A stretch of DNA of 60,459 bases, counting the filler, from Hausera hauseri (lineage: Eukaryota): assembly GCA_046269625.1 (NCBI GenBank). It is 11 parts of 11 records of this genome, joined end to end, with 100 filler letters (N's around TTAATTAATTAA, not from the genome) between each part and the next. Parts side by side here need not be neighbours in the genome. Positions count along the whole stretch, not along the records: positions 1 to 4,185 come from JBJURY010713659.1; positions 4,286 to 8,980 come from JBJURY010472577.1; positions 9,081 to 16,787 come from JBJURY010907755.1; 8 more parts are not named here. One strand, 5' to 3'. Made by a program: the position numbers and the translations under genes. Positions 1 to 12,961 of the stretch are shown here, piece after piece. The notes beneath the pieces were generated by a model, which did no database searches, had not been told where the DNA came from, and saw only the letters and a program-made list of their open reading frames with translations. How positions within the stretch are numbered: the stretch's first letter is position 1; each line of letters starts with the position of its first letter.

Positions 1-3000
1 AGCCTCTTTTTCCATTTACCAGCTTCCATCAAAACTAAAATTACCAATACCACCGATATCCTTCAGCACTCAGATCTATATATTCAACTTTACAATGCTG
101 TTTTTAAGCTTACTCAGCCGTCAATCGATTCAATCATTCAAGGATTCATCAACAATAACGCCATGGGCCTTCAGAAGCCTTCTGAATTCTTACGCACATC
201 CTTGTCTCACCTCAACACCCTTGGCGTAACCTCTAAACACAGTTCCTAGCTTCTTCGTCACTAATTTTTAAATGCATTGCCCCTTCAAATAAGAGCTTTG
301 CTAACTATTGGTAAAAACTCTGCGGCTCTTCACAAGCTAGGCGAGCTGGCAGACAAAGCATACGAAGTACTGCACTCACATGCAGCACCAACTATCTCTG
401 CAGCATTATCGACAGAACAACAACAACAAAATACAATGCTGCAGCAACAAGTTGCACACTTACGCACAGAAAATAAAATATTGCAAAAAAGCAATTAACA
501 GCATTAACGACAAACTAAACAAATTAACGCTGCATCGTCGGGGTTTTTCTAGGTTTGCTTCCCCTATTGTATTTAATCAACGTCAAAGTCGGTCGTCTTC
601 ACCCGCGAGGTCATTAATTTGCTATTATCATAGCAAATTTGGCAACAAGTCTCAAAAATGCTGCATCGGTTGTAAATTTTATTCCCTGATTTTAATACAA
701 GCAACATCGTTTGCATCCACCACTTAAAATTTGGCATAAAAGCACAAAAATGCCTACCTAGCTGTACCTACAGCACACACAATAAGACCAACCCTAATAA
801 GCTTACACAAAAGAGTAGACCAAACTTACCAGCTCCAAAAAACTAATTTCGCCGCTAGGACACGCGGCACGTCCTAGCAAAGGCAACAACCTCCAAAATC
901 ATGGCCGACACATTTCCTTTGCTGTATTCACGTTGAAAGCAGCAGTTGTCACTTCAACAAAGCAAAACATTAATTTTCATATAGACACCGGCGCAGCAGT
1001 CTATCTACTGCCACCAACACAACACATTCAACACAATTACACTTCACAAAAGCAACTGTTCACTGTGTCCCGTGAACCTTTATAAATTTTTGGAGTTACC
1101 ACATTAACATTCACTTTCCCACACTTCGAAAACATATTCACATGAAAATTTACAGTAACCAAAGTACGCACACCTATATTGGGTTCAGACTTTCTGTCCC
1201 ACTACAATTTACTTGTAGATTACAAACAATGTTCCTTAAAGAGCGGAAATAATTTTAATCAAATTAGCATCATTTCGATGACCACCCCGGCGATTGCTTC
1301 CATCAAGTCAGTACTAAAGCAAACGACCTTCGATTTAAATTATTTTTATATTCATACATTATACAGAAATTTTTACTACGGTGACAAATACGATATTGCC
1401 AACTGCGTGGCACCTATTACTAATAGCACAGTTGCAAACATCATCTTTAACACCAACATCCTGCACCAAATACCACCCAGTCAAAACACCCCGTCTATAA
1501 CTCATACTTCAACTGCATCCAGTCACGATGCATCGACACCATGGGATAATTTGTCATCGTTGCCTTCTGATCTACAGCAATACATTTCGTCTTCCTGAAC
1601 GCGTCTGTTGCAGAAGGACAAATCATTCGTACCACCTCAATACACCTTCCATCACATAGTAACAGCACATCAGAGACCAATACGGCAAACGGTCCGCCCG
1701 CTATCACCTCGTCGCAGACAGGCAGTGGAGGCTGAGTTTCTTGAAATGGAAAGATCGGGCATATTCAAAAGATCCAAATCCCCCTATTCTTCACCACTGC
1801 ATGTGGTTCCAAAAGAAGATGGCACCTTTCGCCCATGCGGTGATTACCGCCAACTCAATACTATAACAACAATGGATGCCTACCCTCTACCATTAATCAA
1901 CGCTATCCTTCACAGGCTCCGTGGTTCGACCATCTTTTCCTGCATTGATTTTCACAAAGCATACCACCAAATTCTTGTGGCCGCAGCAGATATTCCGAAA
2001 ACGGCTGTCATTACACCTTTCGGCCTTTTCGGATACCTCTTCATGCCTTTTGGACTCCGTAGCGCGTAACATACAACTACCATGTACATCAACAGAGATG
2101 CGTTCTTTCCTCGGAACCTTGCACTTTATTCATAAGTACGTTCCACATTGCTCCACTTTAACTGCTCCATTTGCATCATTAAGCTCTGGCAAAAAGAAGC
2201 TGCCCATTCAATGGACCACCAAGCTAGTCAACACTTTCGATCACCTCAAAGACAATTTAAAAACCATGGAAATCCTGTCCTATCCAGACTCCCATGCTGA
2301 ACTCTTCTTAACCACGGATGCATCCATAACAGCTGCAGGTGCTGTCCTCCATCAAGTCAAAAATTGATCTCATGAGCCATTGGAATTTTTTTCTCGAAAA
2401 TTTACAGCACAAGAGCAAAGATATTCCACCTTTGACCGAGATCTGCTTGCAATGGTCCTTGCCGTGAAACACTTCAAACATCTGCTAACCGCACGAACTT
2501 TTAAAATTCAAACGGACCACAAGCCCTTGCTCCAAATTCTCACAATGAAATCGCCTTGTCCACGTCTGGAGAGGCAAATATCGTATTTGTCAACATGTAA
2601 TTTTGTAATTAAGCACTTAAACGGAGTCGTCAACTTAGTAGCTGAGTTCTTGTCCCGATCGGTCAGCTCGATTGATTTTAAACCAACTTTTCCTCAATCC
2701 AAACTTTAACAAAACCAGCCACCTCCTGACACCTTAAATCTTTTACATCTTGCAAAACCATCGACGGTGTGGCCTTTGACACCTTCAAATCTAATAATCC
2801 CAAAATCATCTTTCCTGAATCACTTCAAAAAGAAGCACTCAACAACATCCATTTGTTGCACCATCCTGGTGCCAAGGCCACTTTTCGACTGTTACAACGC
2901 CAAGTAGTACGGCCGTCGACGCGCTCTTACGTGCAGGCATGGGTTAGGCAGTGTGTGGCATGCCAAAACTACAAAGTTACCAAACATTAAAGCCACCACT

Positions 3001-4185
3001 ATTTCATTTTCCCTTCGCGTTTCGTTTCGATTCTGTGCACATTGACCTCGTACGCCCATTACCCTTAGACAACGGTCATCAGTTTATCCTCACAATAATG
3101 GACCGTTCCTCGCGATGGCCACAGGCCGTCCCGCTTCGGAGCACCAACACAGAAACCATCGCAGACGTTTTCATCCACACTTGGATCAGAAGGGTTGGAT
3201 CACCTCGCCACAACATTTCGGACCAAGGTCCACAGTTCAAATCCAACCTGTTTAAAGCTCTTGTCAATCAATTGGGAATTAATCACATTTATACATAACC
3301 ATATCAGCCCCAATCGAATGGCCTTTTCGAACGCTGTTACAGAACAATGAAAACGTCTCTCAAAATCCTCGTTGAGTCCAATCGCAGTTGGACCACACTC
3401 GTTCCGTACGTTCTGCTTAGCTGGCGGAACACACCATCTACTTCTACAGGCTGTTCACCTGCAAAAGCATTATTTGGCACTTCCATCAGATCATTATTCG
3501 AGCTGACTGAGCTGGACAACACTCCTACAGAAGAAACTATACAAGCGGCACAGAGACACTTCGTTGAGATCAGCAAAGACTCATTTTGCAGATTGTTACA
3601 CGCAAATAAACTCTACATACCCGACGATTTATATACTGTCACGTTCGTTTGGTTAAAGAATCAGACGCTGTGTGGTTTTCAACCTCAATATGTTGGTCCT
3701 TACAAAGTAATTCGCTTACACTCCCACAACATCAACATTCTCAAAGACGACAAAGTAACAGTTCACATCAACAACGCCAAGCCGGCCTTCTTCATGGACA
3801 GTACGTCTCCCATCGAAGTCACTTCTCCATCAACATCTTCATACGATGTGCAGCAATCCAACAATTCACCTTCCAACTCTTCTCAATGTCTTACTCCACT
3901 TTCCCTTACGTTTTCTCCCAAAACTTCCACTTCAATTTCTTCTCACAATTTAGCCTCTTTCTCCCCATCCGATTTTGCACCTTTAAGCCTTCCACCACCC
4001 TCTTTATCCCCTCACAACAACCTACCTTCTTCTTTTACAGAACTTCCTCCATCAAACACCAATTCGACTTCACCAATCTCTCCATCTACACCTTTCATCA
4101 TTCCAACCTCTTGCACACCATCCTCCAACTACTTTCCTTTGCCTTCTCCATCTTCTCACTCTCTTTCGCCTTATACCTCTTCGCC
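1..4185 (+). mobile_element. Degenerate Ty3/gypsy LTR retrotransposon (CsRn1/Kabuki-like), gag-PR-RT-RH-IN, truncated by window start and contig end
   Basis: CHCC-type Gag finger ICYYHSKFGNKSQKCCIGC (~620-672). Protease IDTGAAV (~980) and ILGSDFL. RT SPYSSPLHVVPKEDGTFRPCGDYRQLN...MPFGLRSA. RNase H TDAS...YSTFDRDLLA...TDHKPL. Integrase HHPG..CVAC, VHIDLV, SDQGPQF, PQYVGPY. Many stops and frameshifts. Confidence 0.95.
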
Positions 4186-4285
4186 NNNNNNNNNNNNNNN
4201 NNNNNNNNNNNNNNNNNNNNNNNNNNNNNTTAATTAATTAANNNNNNNNNNNNNNNNNNNNNNNNNNNNNNNNNNNNNNNNNNNN
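4186..4285. other. Artificial contig linker (N44-TTAATTAATTAA-N44); also at 8981-9080, 16788-16887, 20836-20935, 25198-25297, 30452-30551, 34908-35007, 40981-41080, 45583-45682, 50741-50840
   Basis: The same 100-bp spacer, with stops in all six frames, occurs ten times. Confidence 0.98.
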
Positions 4286-7200
4286 ATAATATGCATTATC
4301 GTCAAAATTATAACGATTATTCTTTCTTGACATCAATATTGGTCAAAGTATACGGTAAGTATGTTAATGCAGAACTTGATCCCACGAACCCATTGACTTG
4401 TATAAACTTATGATTATATACGCGAATTACTCGTTATATACCTGAAGCTTGTGGAAAATAGATGTTACTTGCTACGCCAACCAACAAGAGTCGTATTTTT
4501 ATCTTATTATTGGTTTAGATGTATTATACAAGTTGGATGGAGCAGAACTCAAAGTCATTGGACAATCGATTATATTCAAGTGCAACAATTACCAAGATAG
4601 AAAACCTCAACATAATGATCAACGGTAGTTCGCGCCAGGCGAAGAGACTGCTCCACTCTCATTAAATTATGTTATATTAAAGCAAACAACCGAACAAAAT
4701 ACAGAATCCACACTAGCCCGAAAAATAATGCAAACTCGAATAATAGAAACACCCTCAACTAATACTCCCGGAATGATTTCCGGAAATCCTTTTAATTTGC
4801 TTACTATAACCTTGATAACCTTAATACTACTTATAATATTTGAATGCGCGAGCGTCCAATCAACCTGACGGACGAATACTTAGACCACCAGGAATTAACA
4901 AAGACCTTGAAAGAACTTTGCAAAATACAACCAATATTAAATCAAAGCTCCCATACACACTCTCCATCAGAACTGATACGCTGCGCCCGTACCTTTGATT
5001 GGGACCTGCAAAGATGTGAATTAATAAATGACGATGAGAATGATTACACTAAAATGAAATTGACAATATTCGACTATTTTTCTTGAGGAAATACAATTGA
5101 ATATAAACCCTTATTCATAGAAAGCCCACAAGAGCTAATCTTTCTTACTCATTTTTAAAGAGGAGAAGTACTACGCATCCCTGTTGTAAATATACTTGCT
5201 CTATTATAACAAACATTTCCGTTATGCAACGTTTACGTATCTTAAGAAAGAGATTAAAAGTTAGGAGAAAGATGCATTGGACTGTTCAAAAATTATGGTG
5301 GAAAAATAGTGAATGAAAAAGTAGCCAACTAATTCATGATCAATTTTTGGTTAACATATACACTAATGACGATAAAAGATGAAATAGGAAAAGAGGAAAT
5401 AGAGAAAATGGAAAAGGAAGAAGCTCGAGCATTATGGAATAACTATTTATGTAGAGACAAAGATACACCTCTAACTACAGAAGACATAGAAGAAATTGAT
5501 CCATTGGATCAAGTAAACATTAGAGGACTATCCGGCAATGTAAAAGCTTTACGATATCGACTACTATATTGTATGTTGAATGACGGCCAGGAAATAGCCA
5601 AGCATTTTCAAAGAGAACGCGAAGATTTTATCCGTGATAAAACCACTCTCAAGAATAAAAAATTTTCACCCCAAATTACTATACCAGACACACTATATAT
5701 GACGGAATCTCCGACAAGTGACAAAGGACTAAAGAACGAAATGTTGGATTACAAGTACAAACCAGAGTTCATGCGAAAAAATTCATTGTATTACTCGTTT
5801 GAATGACGGCTATTGAAAGAAACAGATCACGAACAGACGACACATAACGACAATTACTCCAACCTTATTGTAATAGTGAGAAAATATCAAAAAGAAAAGG
5901 TAAAGCACAACTGTTCCTCTTATATAAAGAAGAGGATACCATACCCAAACCAATTTAAAGACTGGAAAACTACCGAATTTGAACATCACCTCCCTCCAAA
6001 GAAACGAAAATATTACTGTTCTAAATAGATGTTTCAGGAAGGTTATACTGATACTGAAGAATGGGAAAAATTACCTGAACCAATACAAGGAGTTATGGAT
6101 GAATTAAACAGAAACGGAAACAAATGAAAACGATATAGAACTAAATGGGCAATTGCGTCAGATTTAATAGAAGCAATACAGGGATATCTTAACTTGTCAC
6201 CAACAACGACAACACTCGAAACTAACACAATTCTCGCCAACATTGCAAACATAGTAAAATCCGTAGGAGAATACAATTATACGATTGCTAACCGTATAAT
6301 TCCATACCTCAGGATAATAAATACCCTAAGAATAAACCCAAGTAACCTCCCACTGACCCGAGAGTAATTAGATCGAGTAATGGACCACCCCATTGTTAAC
6401 TTACTGGAAATATGTCCCCAAGCCCAAGATATCTCAAACACTATAAAAAGCTACGCCTTATAGCAAATAAGATCGAACAATGGTTAGACGATATTGAATA
6501 AAAAAACGACCAACCTATCACCATACTTTATGATTATTAGGCTACTACCATACTTCGAATATTCTGAGATACCCCTCATGAATGGGTTAGGGATATTATT
6601 AATTGTTTATTGTTAGGAGGTAGTATAGATCAAATGCCCAATGATGATCGAAAAGATTTAATAAAATTTTATATGGTCTTATAGGAACCATATTTTGATC
6701 GACTAAAACAGGAAACCGGAATAAACTTTAAAGAATCAGATTATAAATACCAATTACTTCTGATAGCTAGAATCTTATATACTTCTTACAAAATTCCAGC
6801 CGATAGATTACTATTCTGTCAGTTAAGTAATTTTCGAGCCAAAGTGTACTATGAGGGATTTTACCTACTTCGACGAATTTTAATGGAAATATTCTTACAA
6901 CCTATATGTCTACAACCTATCAATATTATGATGGGGACCTGGAATGATATAATGGGGATACCAGGCAATAAACCCATATGTTCAAAACATGAATGATTGT
7001 TAAAAGCCCGAATAAAAACCCATTCTACAGATAATACGTCGCCTTCAGTCATTTGACCCACTAATAGAAAATTACCGGCTAACCCACAAAGAAAGCAGTG
7101 TATAGAGATAAAACCAAATATCAACCTTTACTCGTCGGAAGACGTAGAGAACGTGTACTGATCACTCGTTCCTTACGAGGAAAATCACTATTATTTCCCG

Positions 7201-8980
7201 TAGCGGACATAGTTAGTCTTCCCCAAAGAATCTCCCCGGAATTAATAGCCAATAAACCTCCGAGAAGAATTGCAAAATTGGCCGATAGATGTCTAGAATT
7301 ATTCAAGTATTACGGTGAAGAGCTAACAAACAAAACTCAAACATTTTTGGATGGTATACACACTCATGGCAATAAATAATGACCTTATCTAGGAACAGAT
7401 AGATGCCTATGAAGAGGAAGAAGCACGAATAGTATGGAATAATTATCTGAATATGGATATAAATACACCATTAATTTCGTTTGATTACGAAGGTATAGAT
7501 AAGTTTGATATGATAAACGCAAGTAGATTTTCAGGCAAACTAAATGCATTAAGGTGCCATCTAATATGCTGCTAGTTAAATGACAGTCACGAAATAGCTA
7601 AGCCATTTAAAGAGGAACGGGAAAGATTAATAAATACCCGTCGACTATTATCAGATAACGAAGGAAAGGTGACAACAGATATAACAAAGAGTATACGACA
7701 ATTAAATGCCTTCGAGAAATGTGTCCTGATCATCCGTTATAATAGAGAATCATCCAAAATTGAAAAGTGCGAATATATACCGCATAGCGACGATGTCCAC
7801 GATGAGGCGGAAGGAAATAATAATTATGAACCATTAGTAATAGTTGAGGCACAACACGAAACATTTCAGCCCAACGCCAATAACGATCAAACAGTGGCCG
7901 GCGATAACATCAGTCCAGAAAAACCCATACTTATTAAGATAACTGTGCAAATAATACAGAAGGAAATTGCGAATCCTAGCACCCATAAGGAAAATGATAC
8001 CCCCACACAGCCGATATCAGGAAAAAAAACAGTTTAGCAACGGATTCACTTACTCAAAACTATTGTTATTCGCTATACCATTCATTATTTGGAACAGCCG
8101 AAGCTATTCCTCCGACAACAAGTACTAATCGGGAAATCTCATCTATATGGCTACCATTATTAATCTTAGTCAACTTAATGTTTCACATGAAGAAATCTAA
8201 ACAATCAAACAGTGACGAAGAAATCACTTCAACCGAAGGACACACCATAACTGAAGAAGTTTCAACCCTTAAACCAAAATATATGGAACGTCGAACATTA
8301 GCTAGAATAAAGGAAATAAAATTAACAAGCCATTGTTAATATATGGTGATAAGGAGAATAATGATCCTACGGGTGAACACTGCTGCAGACAAGCAGAGTC
8401 AAAAGAATCCCGAAACGTCATACCAAACACATTTCTATCACTATCTCAACAAGTAGAACGTTATGAAAGAAAAAGACTACAAGAATATAAGTGAGAAAAC
8501 GAAATCTTTATTAAGAATTTTGATAAAACAACGTAATGGTTAAATTTAGACGCCTCAGTACAATTAAACCTAGAAACCTATGCTAAAAATCCAAAACTGA
8601 ATCGCCATCATCTACAGTTAGTAGCAAAGAGCGAAGAAATTATCAATTATATAAAGGAGGAAATTTATTCTCTATTCGACACACACGCAGAGGAAATGCA
8701 AATAATCATAGGTCTAATACCAAAAGGAGTAGGATTAATAGCGGAACACCCTACTTAACTACTAGCAAAATAATTCCAATACTTCCTGATATAAACAAGC
8801 TTCGCAAAGACCGTCAGGAATTCTCAACCAAAGAATATGAACTATATACAGTGGCTAACCGTTTTGCCCAGTTACCATTAGACGACGGAACCCCGGCAAC
8901 AATATTCGAACAAACGCCGGACAAACGATCTCAGACAGGCCTACGTAACACATCTAGAATGGAAAAAGGAAATTAGACAA
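4286..8980 (+). pseudogene. Decayed long A-rich polyprotein-like coding region of unknown family (probably retroelement- or virus-derived), with an internally duplicated ~180-aa domain
   Basis: Plus-strand reading continues through scattered stops and frameshifts for ~4.5 kb, with strong A skew and no evident introns. Hydrophobic segments occur near 4790-4850 and 8050-8190. Segments 5100-5650 and 7115-7650 are paralogous. Confidence 0.55.
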
Positions 8981-9807
8981 NNNNNNNNNNNNNNNNNNNN
9001 NNNNNNNNNNNNNNNNNNNNNNNNTTAATTAATTAANNNNNNNNNNNNNNNNNNNNNNNNNNNNNNNNNNNNNNNNNNNNAGAGTTTTTAAAGTGTTTAT
9101 TTATCCATTATTTAAACAAATTAAAATAAATAATAATTTGCTTATTATTTATTTTTGTTGCACCATTACTTGTAGAAAAATAATTTTTTGGTCTTCCATT
9201 TAAATCCTTTAAGCACGACTAAAATAATAAAATTACAAAAACTTATACGTCATATTAATCATACTTGAACCATCAAATTATGCTCATAACATCCAATTAA
9301 GATTATCTAACCAAAAACGCTTACCAATAAAAACGCAAAACTTATTCCACGACCCAATAAAATAAATCGAGGATGAAAAACTTTCAACCAAATTTATTAA
9401 TATATCAGTAACAATTTATAGATTTATTAATGTATTATCTAAATTTACATTAAAATAACATGTTGGTTTCTGTAGCTTGTCACATTCACCCATTGGTTTA
9501 CCGAACAGGCGACACACTATACGTGATCTCGTTATCTTCACAACAACCAAAAATTTCACGACTTTTTCTCAGTAACGGAAATATAATTTGTATAAATGAA
9601 AGTCAAAGATAGGAAATTTTCGTCAACATTCATACCTAAATTTTCAACATTGTTGGACATTATTTCAACCACCATGTGTATTCTGCTTTTCTAACATTGA
9701 TATAGAGTAATTATTCACACACAATTACAAATTTAAAGTAACATGTATGATCTTTTACAGTACATTTCGGGTTATTTACGTCTTGTCCCAAGCCAAAATA
9801 TTTCAGA

Positions 9808-10335
9808 ATGGCAAATTTTGTCATAAGATGGGTTCAGAAAAATGATTGTCAGCCAATACTAAATCTTATTAAAACTTTAGCTCTTTATGAAAAACGGCCA
9901 AATGATGTGAAAATTACAATTAGTACACTTGAACGAGATCTATTTTCGTCAGATGTATATTGCCGATGTTTGGTGGCAGTTTCAGCAAATGACAATCAGG
10001 TTGTTGGTTACTTGTTCTTCAATTATGCTTATTCAACATGGCGTGGAAGGAAAATATATGTCGAGGATTTATTTGTTCTCGAGTCACTCAGAAATCAAGG
10101 AATTGGAAAAAGTCTCTTGATTACTTTAATGAAGTTTGCAAAAGCGAATGATGTTCATCGAATTCATTTGTCGTGTCTCGGTTGGAATACGCCATCTTTG
10201 GATTTTTATGGCCATCTGGGTTTTGAAAATATAACTGCCACGGAAGACTGGAATCTGATGGAAATTAATTCGGATGGTATTTCTAGATTAAGTTTGTTTG
10301 AAATAAGTAATGGCGTTCAGTTTTGGGATTGCTGA
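9808..10335 (+). CDS. Diamine/thialysine N-acetyltransferase (SSAT/SAT2-like GNAT), 175 aa, intronless CDS
   Basis: Motifs LIKTLALYEK, YSTWRGRKIYVEDLFV, acetyl-CoA motif RNQGIGKSL and WNTPSLDFYGHLG. ORF is intact from ATG to TGA. Confidence 0.93.
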   Translation: MANFVIRWVQKNDCQPILNLIKTLALYEKRPNDVKITISTLERDLFSSDVYCRCLVAVSANDNQVVGYLFFNYAYSTWRGRKIYVEDLFVLESLRNQGIGKSLLITLMKFAKANDVHRIHLSCLGWNTPSLDFYGHLGFENITATEDWNLMEINSDGISRLSLFEISNGVQFWDC

Positions 10336-11211
10336 GTCATTTTCCAGTCAGCGATTGAAAATTTTTTATTTGATTTATGTTTCTCTCTTGACTAAGGTTT
10401 GGTACCAGTGGATAATCATAAGACAATGTTTATCAAGGTTACAGAAGAGAAGAGTACATATCTCTTTTCTCCCTAAATGTGATTCAGCAATGTTATCAAT
10501 TTTCTGTGGAAATATCTTACTTCAGCTAAACTAATCATTATGGTTAAGTTTTATTATGAAATGTTTTATTTGTCTGAATCATTGTGCAAATGTTTAAGTT
10601 TAAAATTAATTCATTCTTTCAGTTTGTATAGTTTCTCATCAGAGAAACTCAGCAGGTCAAAATGTTCCATTTCTGCAGCTGCACAGATTACAATCTATGT
10701 TGTCAGATAAGCTGGCGTCTTGGCAAACACTCCACTAACATTCCCGTTTTATCTATGCTAATTTGACCGTGAAGTTAGACCCTTCTCTCTTTTAGAAACT
10801 AACACTTGGCCTCTTGAGATAAAAGGTTTTCCGCACCAAGCGGAGCAGACACACTTCCGTGCCAACACAGATCAGCTGTTCTCTCCTCCAGAGAAACAGC
10901 GGTTGACTCGGTGAGATTTCGCCCATCACGCCAACGGGGGGTCTCCTGAGCCGGGACAAGATACCATCAATCGTGATCCAACCTAAGCCTTAAAGTGATT
11001 GTGACATGCTAAAACAGAGATATCATTAGAAAGAAGAGCTACTGAGCCTTCATTCTGTGTACACAGAACGTTTTAATAATAAATAGTTCTCATAAAATAC
11101 GTTAAATTCCACCCCTTTCCTCTGCACTGGAGTTTTTTTTTCTTTAGAAATCTTGCCAAACACCGGCGCATTTTTATGACGCATGAAGGGTAACGCAAAA
11201 CGTAAACAACT

Positions 11212-12961
11212 ATGATGGAGTATACAGAAACAGAGGACATAGCAACCAATTTCAGTGAAGAATTGAGCGATTTATCTTCAGTTTTGGAAGAAGAAGCCGG
11301 TTCGAGTGATGAACAAGAAGCAGCTGGTTCTAATGAAGGACTGCAACCATATTTATTTGAGCCATATCGTTCAGGAAGCGATGGTGATTCTACCGTTTCT
11401 GAGGAGGAAGGGTCCGACGGTGAAGGGTTGGAGCTGGACATTATTCGTCTACAAAACACTGAATGGTAATGCGTTAAAAATATCTGTGTACATAAAAATT
11501 ATTCACCTTTAATGCAGGTTTATTTTAAGAAAAAAATCACTTTGAAGTTACTTTTGTAATGTTCTGAACATCATTCGGTAAACATCATTCCTATTTCTTA
11601 AGTCTTAAGTTTGATGTTTCTGATACCTGCACAGAATTTTCATGAAATAGGTCTGTAAATTTTATATTTTTTCCCCTAAATCTTGTTTTTTTATGTGACC
11701 CATCATATGAAACCGAAATCTAAGTCATTTTTTGTGTTTAAATAACCACAGCACGTTTTCAGAATCCTGCTTTTAAAGCTACGTTTTAATACCTGGATCC
11801 TTCTGGTGTTATTCATTGTTCCAGATACACAGCTTAGTTTAGATAAAAGTAATAACACATTCATATTTGACCTGAATCCAACTTTTTGGTTAATCTAATG
11901 ATGATAATCTAATGATATTAATTCTATACAATTGTAAAGAGGAAACCATAAATAGTATTTTAATGTTAAGAATTCACCACTACAAATAATTCAAAGCTCT
12001 GCTAAATAATGACGATAATACAAAAATATTTAGTTATTATTTTTGTCGCTAATAATGAAAAAAGTGCAGAAATATACTTTTTTAAAACTAATTTCAGACA
12101 TTTCATTAAAAGTATACATTTATAAAGCATTTGTTAATATATTTTTTCAAAATACAATTATATGGAATCTAACTGTATATTATTCCAAAAATGACTTTGT
12201 GACATTATCCTTAGTATTATGTCATGGGTTAGGATAAGATAAGCATTTATTGTCATTGTACAGAGCACTATATTACACTGCATATACTTCAGACCTTTTG
12301 AACTGTTGCATGAACCTATGCATCTTGATTCTGTAACACCATAAATTCTGCTTGACATTATTGGTTATTTCTGTTTATATTCTTAAGTAAAGTTATTACA
12401 AAAACTAAACAAATGTCAAATATATTACTATGCATAATATCAACTGAAACATATTTATTTTTCAGGTGTACCTGTAGTAATTGCCAGGCAATGCCACTGG
12501 TTATTGAATGCCAGTGTTGCAAAGAAATACCTGAAGTGCAAGAAGAAATACGGAGAAAAGGCGAAGACGTGAGATGTGTTACACAGCTCTCCAGCTTTGA
12601 GACATGTTGTCTCAATGTTGATGTATTAAGATTAGCAAACTTCGCCTTCATAGATCACTACAGGAGGCATGATGATCAGCATACTCTACAGCATGAGTAA
12701 GAACCATTTTAACGTAGTAAAGAAATGATCATACACAAACATTTACCCAAAACCAACATATCTATTTATTAACCATATGTAATCATCCTTTTTTGCAGAA
12801 AGTACCGGTACATAGCATATAGACAGTTCGTTCGGATGTGCTGGGGCCACCTGGGAAGACACAACAGAGTTCCACTACCATCATGTGTGGTGAATAAAAT
12901 CCGCAGCACTTTTCCTGCAGCAGCGGGATATACTGGATTCCAGTTCCCTCATCTGGAATGA
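11212..12961 (+). CDS. KolX / P2X7 C-terminal (ballast)-like Cys-rich protein; 3 exons 11212-11465, 12466-12696, 12799-12961
   Basis: GT-AG junctions join in frame to give RLQNTEW-CTCSNCQAM...ECQCCKEI...CVTQLSSFETCCLNVDVL...HE-KYRYIAYRQFVRMCWGHLGRHNRVPLPSCVVNKIRSTFP...YTGF. The N-terminus is acidic with LQPYLFEP. Confidence 0.9.

Noticed and set aside
11073-11459. 128-aa Ser-rich minus-strand ORF
   Set aside because: It is the antisense shadow of the acidic KolX exon 1.
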